The notes under the pieces are model-generated. The model saw only the letters and a program-made list of their open reading frames with translations, was not told the origin of the DNA and did no database searches. Of a stretch of 64,000 bases of DNA, positions 52,527 to 62,148 are shown in pieces. The position numbers and the translations under genes were made by a program. This DNA comes from an uncultured Candidatus Rokubacteria bacterium (GTDB lineage Bacteria > Methylomirabilota > Methylomirabilia > Rokubacteriales > CSP1-6). Within the stretch, counting starts at the first letter, position 1; the number at the start of each line of letters is the position of its first letter. The stretch lies in NCBI GenBank assembly GCA_963754315.1, contig CAVWFS010000006.1, forward strand, positions 64,001-128,000. The letters are read 5' to 3'.

Positions 52527-53689
52527 GGCGCGACTCGCCGGGCCGGGTGCTCGAGCCTTTGGACCGGGACGGACTGGCCGGCCTTCTCGGACCGAAGCCG
52601 TCGATACAGGGTCTGAGTTGTCTGCACCATCGACCACGGGCTGAACTCCCGTTCCATCCTGTCTCGGCCGGCGGTGCCGAAGGAACGCCGGAGGGCCTGA
52701 TCGTCGAGGAGGCGCAGCACCCCCTCGTGCAGGGCTTGCGTCGTCGGCGCGCACACGAACCCGGTGGTGTCGTGGACGACGAGCTCACGATTGCCACCGG
52801 CGTCGGTCACCACGCACGGCAGCCCACTCAGCATGGCTTCCATCACGGCGTTGCAGAGACCTTCGCGGTCAGAGGTCAACAGGAAGACGTCGAAGGCGGA
52901 CAAGAGATCCCCGATATCGTCTCGTTCGCCCATCATGAGCACATGCTTTTGCAGGCCGAGGGCGGCGATGCGGGCACGCACCTGGTCTTCGAGCGGCCCG
53001 GTGCCGACGAGAACGAACACCGAGTCGGGGCGTTGCGCAGCGACTTCGCGGGCGACCTCGACGAACCGTAGATGATTTTTTGCGGTCACCACCCGGCCCA
53101 CCGTGCCTACCACGAGCGCGGTGGGGGACAGTCCTAAGGCCTGTCGAACCTCGCGGCGGTCATGGCGGAGGGGCAGTGACTCGACGCCATTCGGGATCAC
53201 CATGTGCTTCGCCGCCAGGTGAGGGGGCAAGTAGTCGACTGCGCGCCGGGAGTTGCAGATGACCGCGTCGGCCCAGCGGCTGACGAGGCTGTTGACGAAC
53301 CTCACCGGGGGGGCGAACTCGCCGTACTGGTCGGTACGTCGCGACGTGACCAGCGCGGGCACACGAGCCCATCGTCCGGCGATGAATCCATACACGGTAT
53401 CGGCGGGCAGGAACGTCTGGAGAATGTGCGGCGCGAACGCCGTGACCACCTTGTGAAGACGCCAGAGTCGACGCAGATCGAGGCGGCCTCGACGCGCGAG
53501 CTCGGTGACGGGAAAGCCCAGCTGGCGGATCGAAGCGGCCAGGACTCCCCCGCCGGCGAGGGCCACGACGGCGGCGTCGAATTCCTGGCGGTCCAGATGC
53601 TGGAGGAGCAAGCACAGCTGACGCTCGGCCCCCCCTCGCGTCAGATCACTGATGACGTACAGAATCCGCGTCGGCCGGCCTTGGGTCAT
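52523..53689 (-). CDS. GT4 glycosyltransferase
   Basis: GGAERQL, IPNGV, GR...KN, EGLCNAVMEAM..G.P. Confidence 0.9.
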   Translation of the reverse strand: MTQGRPTRILYVISDLTRGGAERQLCLLLQHLDRQEFDAAVVALAGGGVLAASIRQLGFPVTELARRGRLDLRRLWRLHKVVTAFAPHILQTFLPADTVYGFIAGRWARVPALVTSRRTDQYGEFAPPVRFVNSLVSRWADAVICNSRRAVDYLPPHLAAKHMVIPNGVESLPLRHDRREVRQALGLSPTALVVGTVGRVVTAKNHLRFVEVAREVAAQRPDSVFVLVGTGPLEDQVRARIAALGLQKHVLMMGERDDIGDLLSAFDVFLLTSDREGLCNAVMEAMLSGLPCVVTDAGGNRELVVHDTTGFVCAPTTQALHEGVLRLLDDQALRRSFGTAGRDRMEREFSPWSMVQTTQTLYRRLRSEKAGQSVPVQRLEHPARRVAP

Positions 53690-54813
53690 CGCACGGTATG
53701 GTTCAGCGAGGAGGTGTACAGAGTCTGGAGCCTGGCCACCATCTGCTCAACGGTGAAGGATTGCTCGACACGTGCTCGCCCGGCCGCGCCCATCGCGCGC
53801 GCGCGTTCGGGATCCTTCAACAGAAGGACCAGGGCCTCTGCCAGGGCATCCGGGTCGCGCGGGGGAACGAGCAGACCGGTCTCGCCGGCCACGATGACTT
53901 CCTCGTTTCCGCCGACGTCGGTGGCGACCACGGGCAGGCCGGCTGCCATCGCTTCCAGCAGCGCGTTTGACATGCCCTCGACGTGCGAAGGTAGCGCGAA
54001 GACCGACATCTCGGACAAGACGTCCGCGCCCTGCGCGACCAGACCGCGCAGGTCGACGCGGTCTGCGATGCCGAGGTTGTGGGCTTGGCGTGCCAACGCC
54101 GCGCGCTCCGGCCCGTCGCCCACGAGCAGGAAGCGCGCACCCGGAATCCGGTCGAGCACCAGCGGCGCCGCCGCGAGGAGGTCCGAGTGTCCTTTCCGGC
54201 TCTCGAGCCGCCCCAACGCACCCACGACGAGGTTGCTGGACATCGACGCGACCGGCACCCGCTTGAGGTCAATTCCATTCGGGATGACGACGATCTTGTC
54301 GAGCGGGCACCGCTCGACGGCGTGCACGTGGCGCCGGACGGCTTCGGCGGGAACGGTGACGTGCATGGCCAGCCGGTTGGCCAGGCGGGCGGCCAGACGC
54401 TTGTGCGCCTGCGGGTGGCGATCGAGACTGCGCTTGCTCACCATGACAACGGGCACTTTGGCCAGCCGGCCGGCGAGGGTCCCGACGAAGTTCGCCTCGA
54501 AGAGGTAACTGTGAAGAATTTGCACGCATCGGCGCTGTAGTTCGCGCGCCAGGCGAACGACAAAGCCAGCCAGGGCTGGACCCCGCAGCGAGCCGCGCTG
54601 CCGACCGTCGATGAGATCGATATGCAGAGCGTGCACCGGTAGCAAGGCCTCCGGTTGGCGGCGCGTGTCGAAGCAGTACAGCGATGGAGCAAACGCACAG
54701 CGGTCGAGGTGGCCGAGGACCTCGAGGAGGTGACGGGGCGTTCCGCCTACGCCCCACGTCGCGATCGCGTACATCACGGTGACCGGGGTCATACCGCCTG
54801 GTGTTTCTCGCAC
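53686..54813 (-). CDS. GT4 glycosyltransferase
   Basis: GGT..HL, IPNGID, GRL...KG, EGMSNALLEAMAAG.PVV; start may be ATG 54792. Confidence 0.9.
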   Translation of the reverse strand: MRETPGGMTPVTVMYAIATWGVGGTPRHLLEVLGHLDRCAFAPSLYCFDTRRQPEALLPVHALHIDLIDGRQRGSLRGPALAGFVVRLARELQRRCVQILHSYLFEANFVGTLAGRLAKVPVVMVSKRSLDRHPQAHKRLAARLANRLAMHVTVPAEAVRRHVHAVERCPLDKIVVIPNGIDLKRVPVASMSSNLVVGALGRLESRKGHSDLLAAAPLVLDRIPGARFLLVGDGPERAALARQAHNLGIADRVDLRGLVAQGADVLSEMSVFALPSHVEGMSNALLEAMAAGLPVVATDVGGNEEVIVAGETGLLVPPRDPDALAEALVLLLKDPERARAMGAAGRARVEQSFTVEQMVARLQTLYTSSLNHTVR

Positions 54814-54961
54814 CGGCTCCCGATCACTCGCGCCTGGCCGTGGATTGGTGCGCCGGGATTGACGCCGGGCCGTCGGCCGATACAGGCCGGCGTAGACGCC
54901 AGTAAATCGTCACTGGTACTGCTGGGCGTACCCATGCCTTCGTGTTGAGCCCCTTAGGGAA

Positions 54962-54977
54962 CGCAACGCCGATGCCA
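54962..54977 (-). promoter_or_regulatory. Sigma-54 promoter heading the EPS synthesis/tailoring operon
   Basis: Minus strand TGGCAT-CGGCG-TTGCG, near-consensus -24/-12. Confidence 0.75.
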
Positions 54978-55229
54978 GCCAACACCGGTCAGATCGGCCA
55001 ACGGCTTTCTCCATGAAAAAGCCAGAATCGATCGAGATGAAGCCTACTTCGACGGGTTGACGGGGCTGCGGCACTGGCAGGCTTTTCCCTCGCGGAAGTG
55101 CGCGGAAAGTGAGGGGGTTACAATCTGGGAACCCGACCACACATAGTAGAACTTTTCCCTAGCTTCTTGGCGAAGAGCCGTAATTGTCGTGACATACTGG
55201 CCGGGCTAATCGCCCGGTTGATCGCCCAA

Positions 55230-57122
55230 CTATGGCACCCGGTAGATGACCGTCAAGAGGGCTGCCCGGTCCGGCTCGTCGTCGAAGGCACCCACGCTCC
55301 GCCGGCTGGTCGAGCCGTTGTCGGCGATGAAGATCGTCAGAGCGTTACCGGGGCCCCAGTGGGCCCGGGACACGATCTCCGCCACGACCGGGCTCAGGTC
55401 CGGACTGGGGCTGTATTCCCGGATCGGCCACGGCTCCGGCACGTCGTCGACGAACGAGGTGGTCTTCAGCCGCTCGCTGAGGTCACCCGGGTCGGCGGTG
55501 ATGGGTGAAGAGTTGTCCGCGGCTTCCCCGAGATACCGGATCTTGATCGGATACCCCGAATCTGGCCGAGTCGCCATGATGTGCAACGCGGCAGAGTCGA
55601 TGGTGGCCCCGCGAGGAATTGTCACGCCCGAGAAGCGAAAGGCGACCAAGTTGTCCTTGTGGCCCACGGTAACGAACGACTCTTTGGTGACCACTACTGT
55701 GGTGCGGGCCTCGCGGCCATCGTCCTCGGGAGCGGCGACGGTGAACTGGTCGGTGTGAGTGCCACCGGCTGCCGCCGCGATGTCTAACACGACCGGAATC
55801 GACGCCACCAGTTCTGGGTCGTGACGGCCCTCGATGAGGATCGTGCCGAGGTGGCGACCGACCGGAAGCCCGCCGATGGCGACCTTGACGCGGATCGCTG
55901 ACGGTGTTTTTCCCGCCGACGGCGTTGCCGCGAGCCACGAATCTCCTCCGGTCGTGGTGGTGCTGGCCCTCCACGGCACGCCGTCCGGCTCTTGATCGCC
56001 GATGGTGAGAGTCTGGGGAGGGGGATTCGGTCCGCCTTGGATCGCCTGAAAGATGATCCCGTCGGGGACGGCGGAGATCTTGAGGTGTGTGGGAGGTGTC
56101 AGGCGGCACTCCGGCACGGCGATCTTCGCCAGGAGTTTCTGATCGACGCCGTCGAGGGGCCGCACTCCCGCTCCGGCAAGGGCCAGGCCGGCGGCCGCGC
56201 AGGCATCGTGCGTCTCGACGGCGGGGGAAGCAAAGGGAGCGGACTCGGTGCCCTGGTCGTTAACGTCGCCGAGGCCAGGCGAGAGGTTTCCCGCAACGTA
56301 GGCGCGAGCCGACGTTACCGTTAACGGCCGGCGGCCGGCGGGCGCGGTGTAGAAGTTGTTGACCACGTTCGTCCACGGGCCGTACCACACGACCGACCCA
56401 TAGCCCGTGCCCCAATTGGCGATCACATTGTTGCGGATGTCAGCGGTGACGTCGGTGGCCACCGCGGTGGTGCTGTCGTCGATTCGAATCTGCGGACTCC
56501 GCTGCGCGCTCCCGCCGAAGACATTGTGATGCAGAGTCACCCGGGAGGCGTTGTACTTCACCAGCATGTTCTTGTCGTTCATGCCAATGATGCTCCACGA
56601 TACGGTGACGTCGTGCGATTCGGTGATGTCGATGTTGCCGTCACGGGAACCGGCCACCGACACGTGGTCGATCACGACGTTGTAGGCGCCCGAGGCGACT
56701 TGAATGCCGTCGATGTCGGCGTCGCGGATCCGGATCCCGCGGACAATGACATCGTGGGCGCCTCTGTTCCCCCGGATGATCAGACCGTAATTCGCCAGCG
56801 TGATGCCGGGCGCGCGTGCGGTGAACCCATCGATGGTGATGTTGGCGCCGGTGACATACAGATACGTGCTCAGCTCGATCCGGCCCGCCACATCGAAGAC
56901 GACGATGCGGTTTCCTTGGCTCACCGCCTCTCGAAGACTGCCGGGGCCGGAATCGCTGAGGGTGGTGACCCGCACCACCGTCCCCCCGGCGCCGCCAGGG
57001 GTGGTGGCGCCGAAGCCCTGATAAGCGCCGGGCTGGGATTCACTGACCCCCGGAAGGGCCAGGGTGACCGCGAGAATGATGAGCGCTGCCGTCCGCGGAC
57101 CACAGAACCATGACGCATGCAT
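55230..57122 (-). CDS. Secreted pectate-lyase-like (PL1 beta-helix) protein with BACON-like and C-terminal beta-sandwich domains
   Basis: Signal peptide; GFGA.TPGG.GG.V.RVT.L.DSGPGSLR.A, IVVF.V.G.I, IDH.S, DGNIDI, TLHHN, R.P; ATG 57122 with GAGGGG RBS. Confidence 0.8.
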   Translation of the reverse strand: MHASWFCGPRTAALIILAVTLALPGVSESQPGAYQGFGATTPGGAGGTVVRVTTLSDSGPGSLREAVSQGNRIVVFDVAGRIELSTYLYVTGANITIDGFTARAPGITLANYGLIIRGNRGAHDVIVRGIRIRDADIDGIQVASGAYNVVIDHVSVAGSRDGNIDITESHDVTVSWSIIGMNDKNMLVKYNASRVTLHHNVFGGSAQRSPQIRIDDSTTAVATDVTADIRNNVIANWGTGYGSVVWYGPWTNVVNNFYTAPAGRRPLTVTSARAYVAGNLSPGLGDVNDQGTESAPFASPAVETHDACAAAGLALAGAGVRPLDGVDQKLLAKIAVPECRLTPPTHLKISAVPDGIIFQAIQGGPNPPPQTLTIGDQEPDGVPWRASTTTTGGDSWLAATPSAGKTPSAIRVKVAIGGLPVGRHLGTILIEGRHDPELVASIPVVLDIAAAAGGTHTDQFTVAAPEDDGREARTTVVVTKESFVTVGHKDNLVAFRFSGVTIPRGATIDSAALHIMATRPDSGYPIKIRYLGEAADNSSPITADPGDLSERLKTTSFVDDVPEPWPIREYSPSPDLSPVVAEIVSRAHWGPGNALTIFIADNGSTSRRSVGAFDDEPDRAALLTVIYRVP

Positions 57123-57490
57123 GTTTCCCCTCACGCCGAGCGATCCGGCCACAAAGCTAGTTCCCGAGCGTTATCAAGAAACCGGACCTCATGGCCGGTA
57201 GAGTAGCGTCAAGGTCCATCGACGGTCATGACATCTGAATGACGATCATAGGCTTGTACGATAGAAAATGGGAGAGTGAAAAATGTTCACACAGTGGTAT
57301 CTGCTCGCGATTTTTGCTTAATAACAGTATGTACGGAGCGCATAGTAAAAAGTACAATCATTGTAAAGGCTGCAACACCAGCGACATTATGTCCATTTGC
57401 CTCTAGTAATGGCCTCGAGATGAGGATGTACCCAAAAGTTCACAAGTAGGCACTTGACACCACCATATATGACTGCTCTAGAGTGACACG

Positions 57491-58711
57491 GTGGCCGCTC
57501 GCTTTCGCAGAGAGTCTGTGGTGAACGACCCATTTGCCCGGCGATTGCTGGCGACTATCCCCGAGGGACGGGAGTGTCTCGTTTCCTCCCCTCGTGTCAG
57601 TGATGGGCAGAGCGGCACTCCACCCCTGAGGCTCCTGCTGAGCGTCACCCCCGAGATGGCGGCCGTCCGTGCGCTGATCGAGTGTGTGGCGCCCGTCGAT
57701 GTCACCGTGCTTGTGTGGGGCGAGAGCGGTGTGGGTAAAGAACTGGTGGCCAGAGCACTCCACACGGGTTCGTCGCGACAGGCCGGGCCGTTCTTGAAGG
57801 TCAACTGCGCGGCCTTGCCCCTCGAACTTCTGGAGAGCGAGTTGTTCGGCTATGAGCGGGGCGCTTTCACCGGGGCCACCCGGCCAAAGCCCGGCAAGTT
57901 CGACCTCGCCCACGCCGGCACCATCCTTCTCGACGAGATTGCTGAGATCCCGCTCCCCGTGCAGGCGAAGCTGCTCCAGGTCCTTCAGGACGGCGAGTTC
58001 TCGCGGCTAGGGGGCCAGAACGACGTCCGCGTCGATGTGCGAGTGATCGCCGCCACCAACAGCGATCTGCGCCAGCTCGTCGAGCAGGGCCGCTTTCGTG
58101 CCGATCTGTACTATCGGCTGAGCATGATGGCTATCCACGTACCGCCTCTCCGGGAGCGGCGCGAGGAGATCCCGCTCCTGGCCCGGCGCTTTCTGGGCGA
58201 CTTCGCTCGCCTGTATGGCCGGAGCGTGCCGACCCTCACCGAGGCGACCCTTGAGCGTTTTCAACGCTATTCGTGGCCGGGAAACGTGCGGGAACTGGAG
58301 AACACGGTCAGGAAGATCGTGATCCTGGGGAGCGACGGATTTGTCGCCACCGAGCTGCGCATGCGAACGGCGGATCCGGGGAAAGAAGACCGCCAAGACG
58401 GCGGCAGCGAGCTCCAAGCCAAGGGGCCGGAGCGAATCGCCCCGGGGACACCTCCGGTGAGCGACTCCACGCCCGCCGACCCGCCCGCAATGGCGAAGAC
58501 GGTCCCGCTATGGCAGCAGGGGATGGGTTTGCGCGAGGTCGTGCGACGCGCGTCCGAAGAAGCCGAGCGGGCCACGCTTCATGAGGTCCTCGATCACGTC
58601 CATTGGAATCGGCTCGAAGCAGCACGCCGGCTTCAGGTGAGTTACAAGACACTCCTGGGCAAGATGAAGGTATACGGCCTCGGCTGGGTCAACGCCCGCG
58701 CGAATGAGTGA
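57491..58711 (+). CDS. Sigma-54-dependent transcriptional activator (AAA+ and Fis HTH) with no recognisable receiver domain
   Basis: GESGVGKE, ESELFG.E.GAFTGA, LLDEI, FR.DLYYRL, WPGNVREL, C-terminal HTH; only about 55-65 residues precede the AAA+ core. Confidence 0.92.
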   Translation: MAARFRRESVVNDPFARRLLATIPEGRECLVSSPRVSDGQSGTPPLRLLLSVTPEMAAVRALIECVAPVDVTVLVWGESGVGKELVARALHTGSSRQAGPFLKVNCAALPLELLESELFGYERGAFTGATRPKPGKFDLAHAGTILLDEIAEIPLPVQAKLLQVLQDGEFSRLGGQNDVRVDVRVIAATNSDLRQLVEQGRFRADLYYRLSMMAIHVPPLRERREEIPLLARRFLGDFARLYGRSVPTLTEATLERFQRYSWPGNVRELENTVRKIVILGSDGFVATELRMRTADPGKEDRQDGGSELQAKGPERIAPGTPPVSDSTPADPPAMAKTVPLWQQGMGLREVVRRASEEAERATLHEVLDHVHWNRLEAARRLQVSYKTLLGKMKVYGLGWVNARANE

Positions 58712-58874
58712 TTCTCGAGGGCCGTTAGTCGGAGCGTAGCTCCAGGCCGTTCCCCCTTCCTCACGCTTCACCGCTTTCATCGTCCCCATTGGTCCACTCA
58801 TAGGCGATGACAGTTGTATGGGCGCCGCGCACTGGGCGAGGCGCATAGCGGCGACAAAGGGACGCGCATAGCGT

Positions 58875-59444
58875 CTAGTAGGGGTGCCTGTCCTTCTTGT
58901 TCTCCCAGGCCCGGTAGGCGGCCAGGCAGGTCTCCCGCTCGAAGTTGGGCACTATGGCAATGTTCTTCCGCTGCTCCCACGAGAGCTTGAAATCCTCGTA
59001 CTGGAAGGCGTCGTCGAAGCCGATCTTGCTCGTGTCCTCCAGGCTGCCCCCGAAGTATACGCGGTCGATCCGAGCCCAGTAGATGGCGCTCATGCACATC
59101 GGACAGGGGGCGCCGTTGATGTAGATTTCGCATCCCTTGAGCATCTTCGCCCGCTCCGGCACCGGGTCGGGCGAGCCCGCCGGGCGCGGAATCATCTCGA
59201 GAATGGTCCCCGCATAGTAGTCACTGCCGAGGAGGGCCTTGGGATTCAGGCGGGCGGAGGCATCCATGATGGCGGTGATCTCCGCGTGAAACACCGGAAT
59301 CCCGGTGAGCAGGACGCGGTTCTGACCTCGGCCGATGATCTCACCGTCCTTCACGATGACGGCCCCGAATGGACCGCCCCATCCCTTCTCGACCGACTCG
59401 ATGGCGAGCCTCGTCGCCTCTGCCGCGAACTTCTTTCTGTCCAT
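58875..59444 (-). CDS. Nucleoside/guanine deaminase (CDA fold)
   Basis: GGPFGAVIV, HAE, PCPMC.SAIYWA, GFDD; AAGGAG RBS before ATG 59444. Confidence 0.85.
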   Translation of the reverse strand: MDRKKFAAEATRLAIESVEKGWGGPFGAVIVKDGEIIGRGQNRVLLTGIPVFHAEITAIMDASARLNPKALLGSDYYAGTILEMIPRPAGSPDPVPERAKMLKGCEIYINGAPCPMCMSAIYWARIDRVYFGGSLEDTSKIGFDDAFQYEDFKLSWEQRKNIAIVPNFERETCLAAYRAWENKKDRHPY

Positions 59445-59527
59445 GATTGCCCTCTCCTTGTGCGGGTCCACGGCCGGAAGCCCGGATTCCCATTCGGGTT
59501 GGCGTCACGCCAACCCTGCCGAACGAA

Positions 59528-60502
59528 TCAGCGAATCGCCAGGAAGATAGCGATGGCCAACGCGTATCCGGCCAGGATTATCCCGATGCCGCCCAGTTCC
59601 ACCAGCCGCCCCCGGGCACCGGTCGGAGTCAGCCAGAAGCCGAAAGCGCGATTCGCGGGCGGCATGAGGAGCCAGGTAAGAAACGCCACGCTCGCCATGT
59701 TGCCGATGAACATTGACACCGCGAAGGGCAGGGCTGTGAGTCGGGGCGAGAGGACGAGGCCCAGGATCATGACGGTCGGATAGAGCACAAGCAGGACGAT
59801 CATGGCCTGCTTCCAGTCGGGCGGCAGGCCCGACTGGCCAGGGCGGGCCGAGCCCGCTCCGAACCACCCCGGGAAGGCTCCGCTGAAGCTCTCGACGCGC
59901 GCCTCGTCCCAGAGACGGGCCGCCTCGTCGAGCAGCCGCCGACGGACATCTGACGAGAGCCATCCCTGGAGATGCTGGGCCGAGTCGAACCGTATGACGA
60001 CCACCCACTCCTCCTGCACACCAGCAATGGGTGGGAAGATCTCGTTGCCGAGAAATCCGGGGAAGCGCGCGGCTTCGGCATCGATGCGGTTCTGCCACGC
60101 CTTGTATTCTTGCTCCTGACCGGGCTTCACCCGCGTGGACACCACCATACCGGATGCGCTGGCAGGCGCCCCACGCTCGGCCACCACGTGCTGTCGCGCA
60201 TCGCCGGCGAAAAGCGAGTGGCTCTGCGCGAGCAAGGCACGGCGCGTGTCAGAGCCGAGCCAGGCGTCGAGGTGCGGGATCGAGTCGAAGCGGAAGATCA
60301 CCACGTAGTCGTCCTGGACGCCGTGGACGGGCGGGACGACCTCGAGCGCCACGAAACCAGGGAAGGTCCGGCATTGATCGTTGATCTGCGTTTGCCAGCG
60401 CAGATAGTCAGCCTCGCGGCCTGGTTGCACCCGCTGGGCGATGACCACGGTCGCGGAGACCGGGCCGGCGGCCGGTGCTGTCCTGCTGATCGTCTCGCTC
60501 AT
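59528..60502 (-). CDS. Membrane protein with two ABM-like (dimeric alpha+beta barrel) domains
   Basis: Duplicated V.PG.E..Y..WQ.......FPGF...E..PP..G.Q..(Y/W)VV..RFDS..HL..WL.SD.RR; C-terminal PP.WKQA and TM helices. Confidence 0.8.
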   Translation of the reverse strand: MSETISRTAPAAGPVSATVVIAQRVQPGREADYLRWQTQINDQCRTFPGFVALEVVPPVHGVQDDYVVIFRFDSIPHLDAWLGSDTRRALLAQSHSLFAGDARQHVVAERGAPASASGMVVSTRVKPGQEQEYKAWQNRIDAEAARFPGFLGNEIFPPIAGVQEEWVVVIRFDSAQHLQGWLSSDVRRRLLDEAARLWDEARVESFSGAFPGWFGAGSARPGQSGLPPDWKQAMIVLLVLYPTVMILGLVLSPRLTALPFAVSMFIGNMASVAFLTWLLMPPANRAFGFWLTPTGARGRLVELGGIGIILAGYALAIAIFLAIR

Positions 60503-60634
60503 CGCTCCGCTCCCGCCCTGGGCCATCATATCTGAGTTCAGGGTGGGCTGCCGCCGTCGCGGAGAGGCGCCTGGCATATCGCACGGATCGCCCAAGTTGA
60601 CCGGTCGACACCTGGTTCAGTAGATTCCGGAGCG

Positions 60635-62056
60635 GTGATTCGCTCTCGGCTCGTCGGCGGCTGGACCGGGCGCCCTGCGGGAAGGAGGTCCGGTCGGGCA
60701 GGAGCGGCCCTCCTGGCGGTTGCCGCATGGCTCGCGCTCGTTGCCCCATCGACTGCCTGGAGTGCCGACGACCCGCCGGGGCCTACCAAGACCCCTCCCG
60801 TCAATTCCTCGGCCATTGGTTTTGAGGCCGTACGGCAGAGCCTCGGCGGATCTACCGAGGGCATTAGCGCCAACCCCGGAGCCGTGAACGTGCTGACCGG
60901 GACGGGGCTTCTCGGTCGACTCCTCGGTTTTGGACCCGACTCGGGCGTCCGCCTCGGTGGCCTCTGGATCGGCGATGCCAATTATCTGTTCGCCGGGGGC
61001 GCCGACCCTCGAACGTGGAGCTTCAACAGCCTGCTCCTCGTGGATCTGAGCCTCGACCTCGAGAAGCTCCTGGGCATTCCCGGCGCCCAGTTCGGCGTCG
61101 AGTTCCTCCAGTTCAACGGCCAAGACACGAACGGCCAGGCTGGCGTCGTTGCCGGCTACAACAGCCTGCCGGGCCCGCCGCCGCTGGATCGCAGCGAACT
61201 CTACGAGCTCTGGTGGCGGCAACGGCTCTTCGACGACAAGCTCATCGTCCGCATCGGCAAGACGGTGCCGACATTCGACTTCAACAACGTGGTACGGCCG
61301 CTGAGCCTGCAGGACGACACCCTGGCCATTCCTGCCGTTTCGTCCCTGATCTACACGCCCCTCTTCAAGAACCCGACCCTGCTGGGTTCGATGCCCGGCT
61401 ACTACAATTCCGCTTACGGCATCACGGTCACGGTGGTCCCCACGCCAACGCTCTACCTGTCGGCGGGAGCCTACGACGGCAACCTCGCGCGCGGGGTACA
61501 GACCGGCCTCAACGCGACGCCAGAGTTCAACGGGTACTACTTCACCATCGGCGAGGTCGGCTATGCGTGGCGTGTGGGGTCCCACGGGATGCCAGGTACC
61601 TTGGCCGTGGGAGGTTGGGCGCAGACGGGGCGGTTGACCGCGAACAATGTTACCGAGACCGGTGCCCACGGCTTCTACACGTTTGGAAGCCAGCGGCTCT
61701 GGGTGCGCAATCCCGGCGTGGACTCGAGCGGCATCACCGGCTTCTTTCAGTTCGGCGTCAACGACTCCGATACGCTGCCCGTCAACGAGTACCTCGGCGT
61801 GGGCTTGACCGGCTTCGGTCTGGTTCCCGGACGACCAAAGGACTCCGTGGGAGCGGGTGTCGCCGTGTCCTGGCTGAACCGAAAGCCCAATCCGGGCTTC
61901 CGGGACAACGAGATCATGCTCGCCGCCTACTACCAGCTTCACCTGATCGGTGACATCTACCTGCAGCCGACCGTGACCTACATTCCGACTCCCGGACAGA
62001 GTCGGAGCTTCTCGCCTGCCACCGCGATCACCCTGAACGCCACCATTCTGTTTTGA
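60635..62056 (+). CDS. OprB-family carbohydrate-selective porin
   Basis: Signal peptide; LYELWW.Q, RIGK, G.L.PGRP.D..G.G, YLQP...YI..PG and terminal Phe. Confidence 0.85.
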   Translation: MIRSRLVGGWTGRPAGRRSGRAGAALLAVAAWLALVAPSTAWSADDPPGPTKTPPVNSSAIGFEAVRQSLGGSTEGISANPGAVNVLTGTGLLGRLLGFGPDSGVRLGGLWIGDANYLFAGGADPRTWSFNSLLLVDLSLDLEKLLGIPGAQFGVEFLQFNGQDTNGQAGVVAGYNSLPGPPPLDRSELYELWWRQRLFDDKLIVRIGKTVPTFDFNNVVRPLSLQDDTLAIPAVSSLIYTPLFKNPTLLGSMPGYYNSAYGITVTVVPTPTLYLSAGAYDGNLARGVQTGLNATPEFNGYYFTIGEVGYAWRVGSHGMPGTLAVGGWAQTGRLTANNVTETGAHGFYTFGSQRLWVRNPGVDSSGITGFFQFGVNDSDTLPVNEYLGVGLTGFGLVPGRPKDSVGAGVAVSWLNRKPNPGFRDNEIMLAAYYQLHLIGDIYLQPTVTYIPTPGQSRSFSPATAITLNATILF

Positions 62057-62148
62057 CGCGGGAACTCGCTCACCCTCGCCCTGGGGCGCGATAACCCCGG
62101 CGTAGCCTCTAGTGGACGGCCACCCCTGCGGCGAGGCATCCTGTTGGC

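Noticed and set aside
57273..57292. Possible CRP/FNR box
   Set aside because: Spacing is GTGA-N7-TCAC rather than N6; kept only as a generic palindrome.
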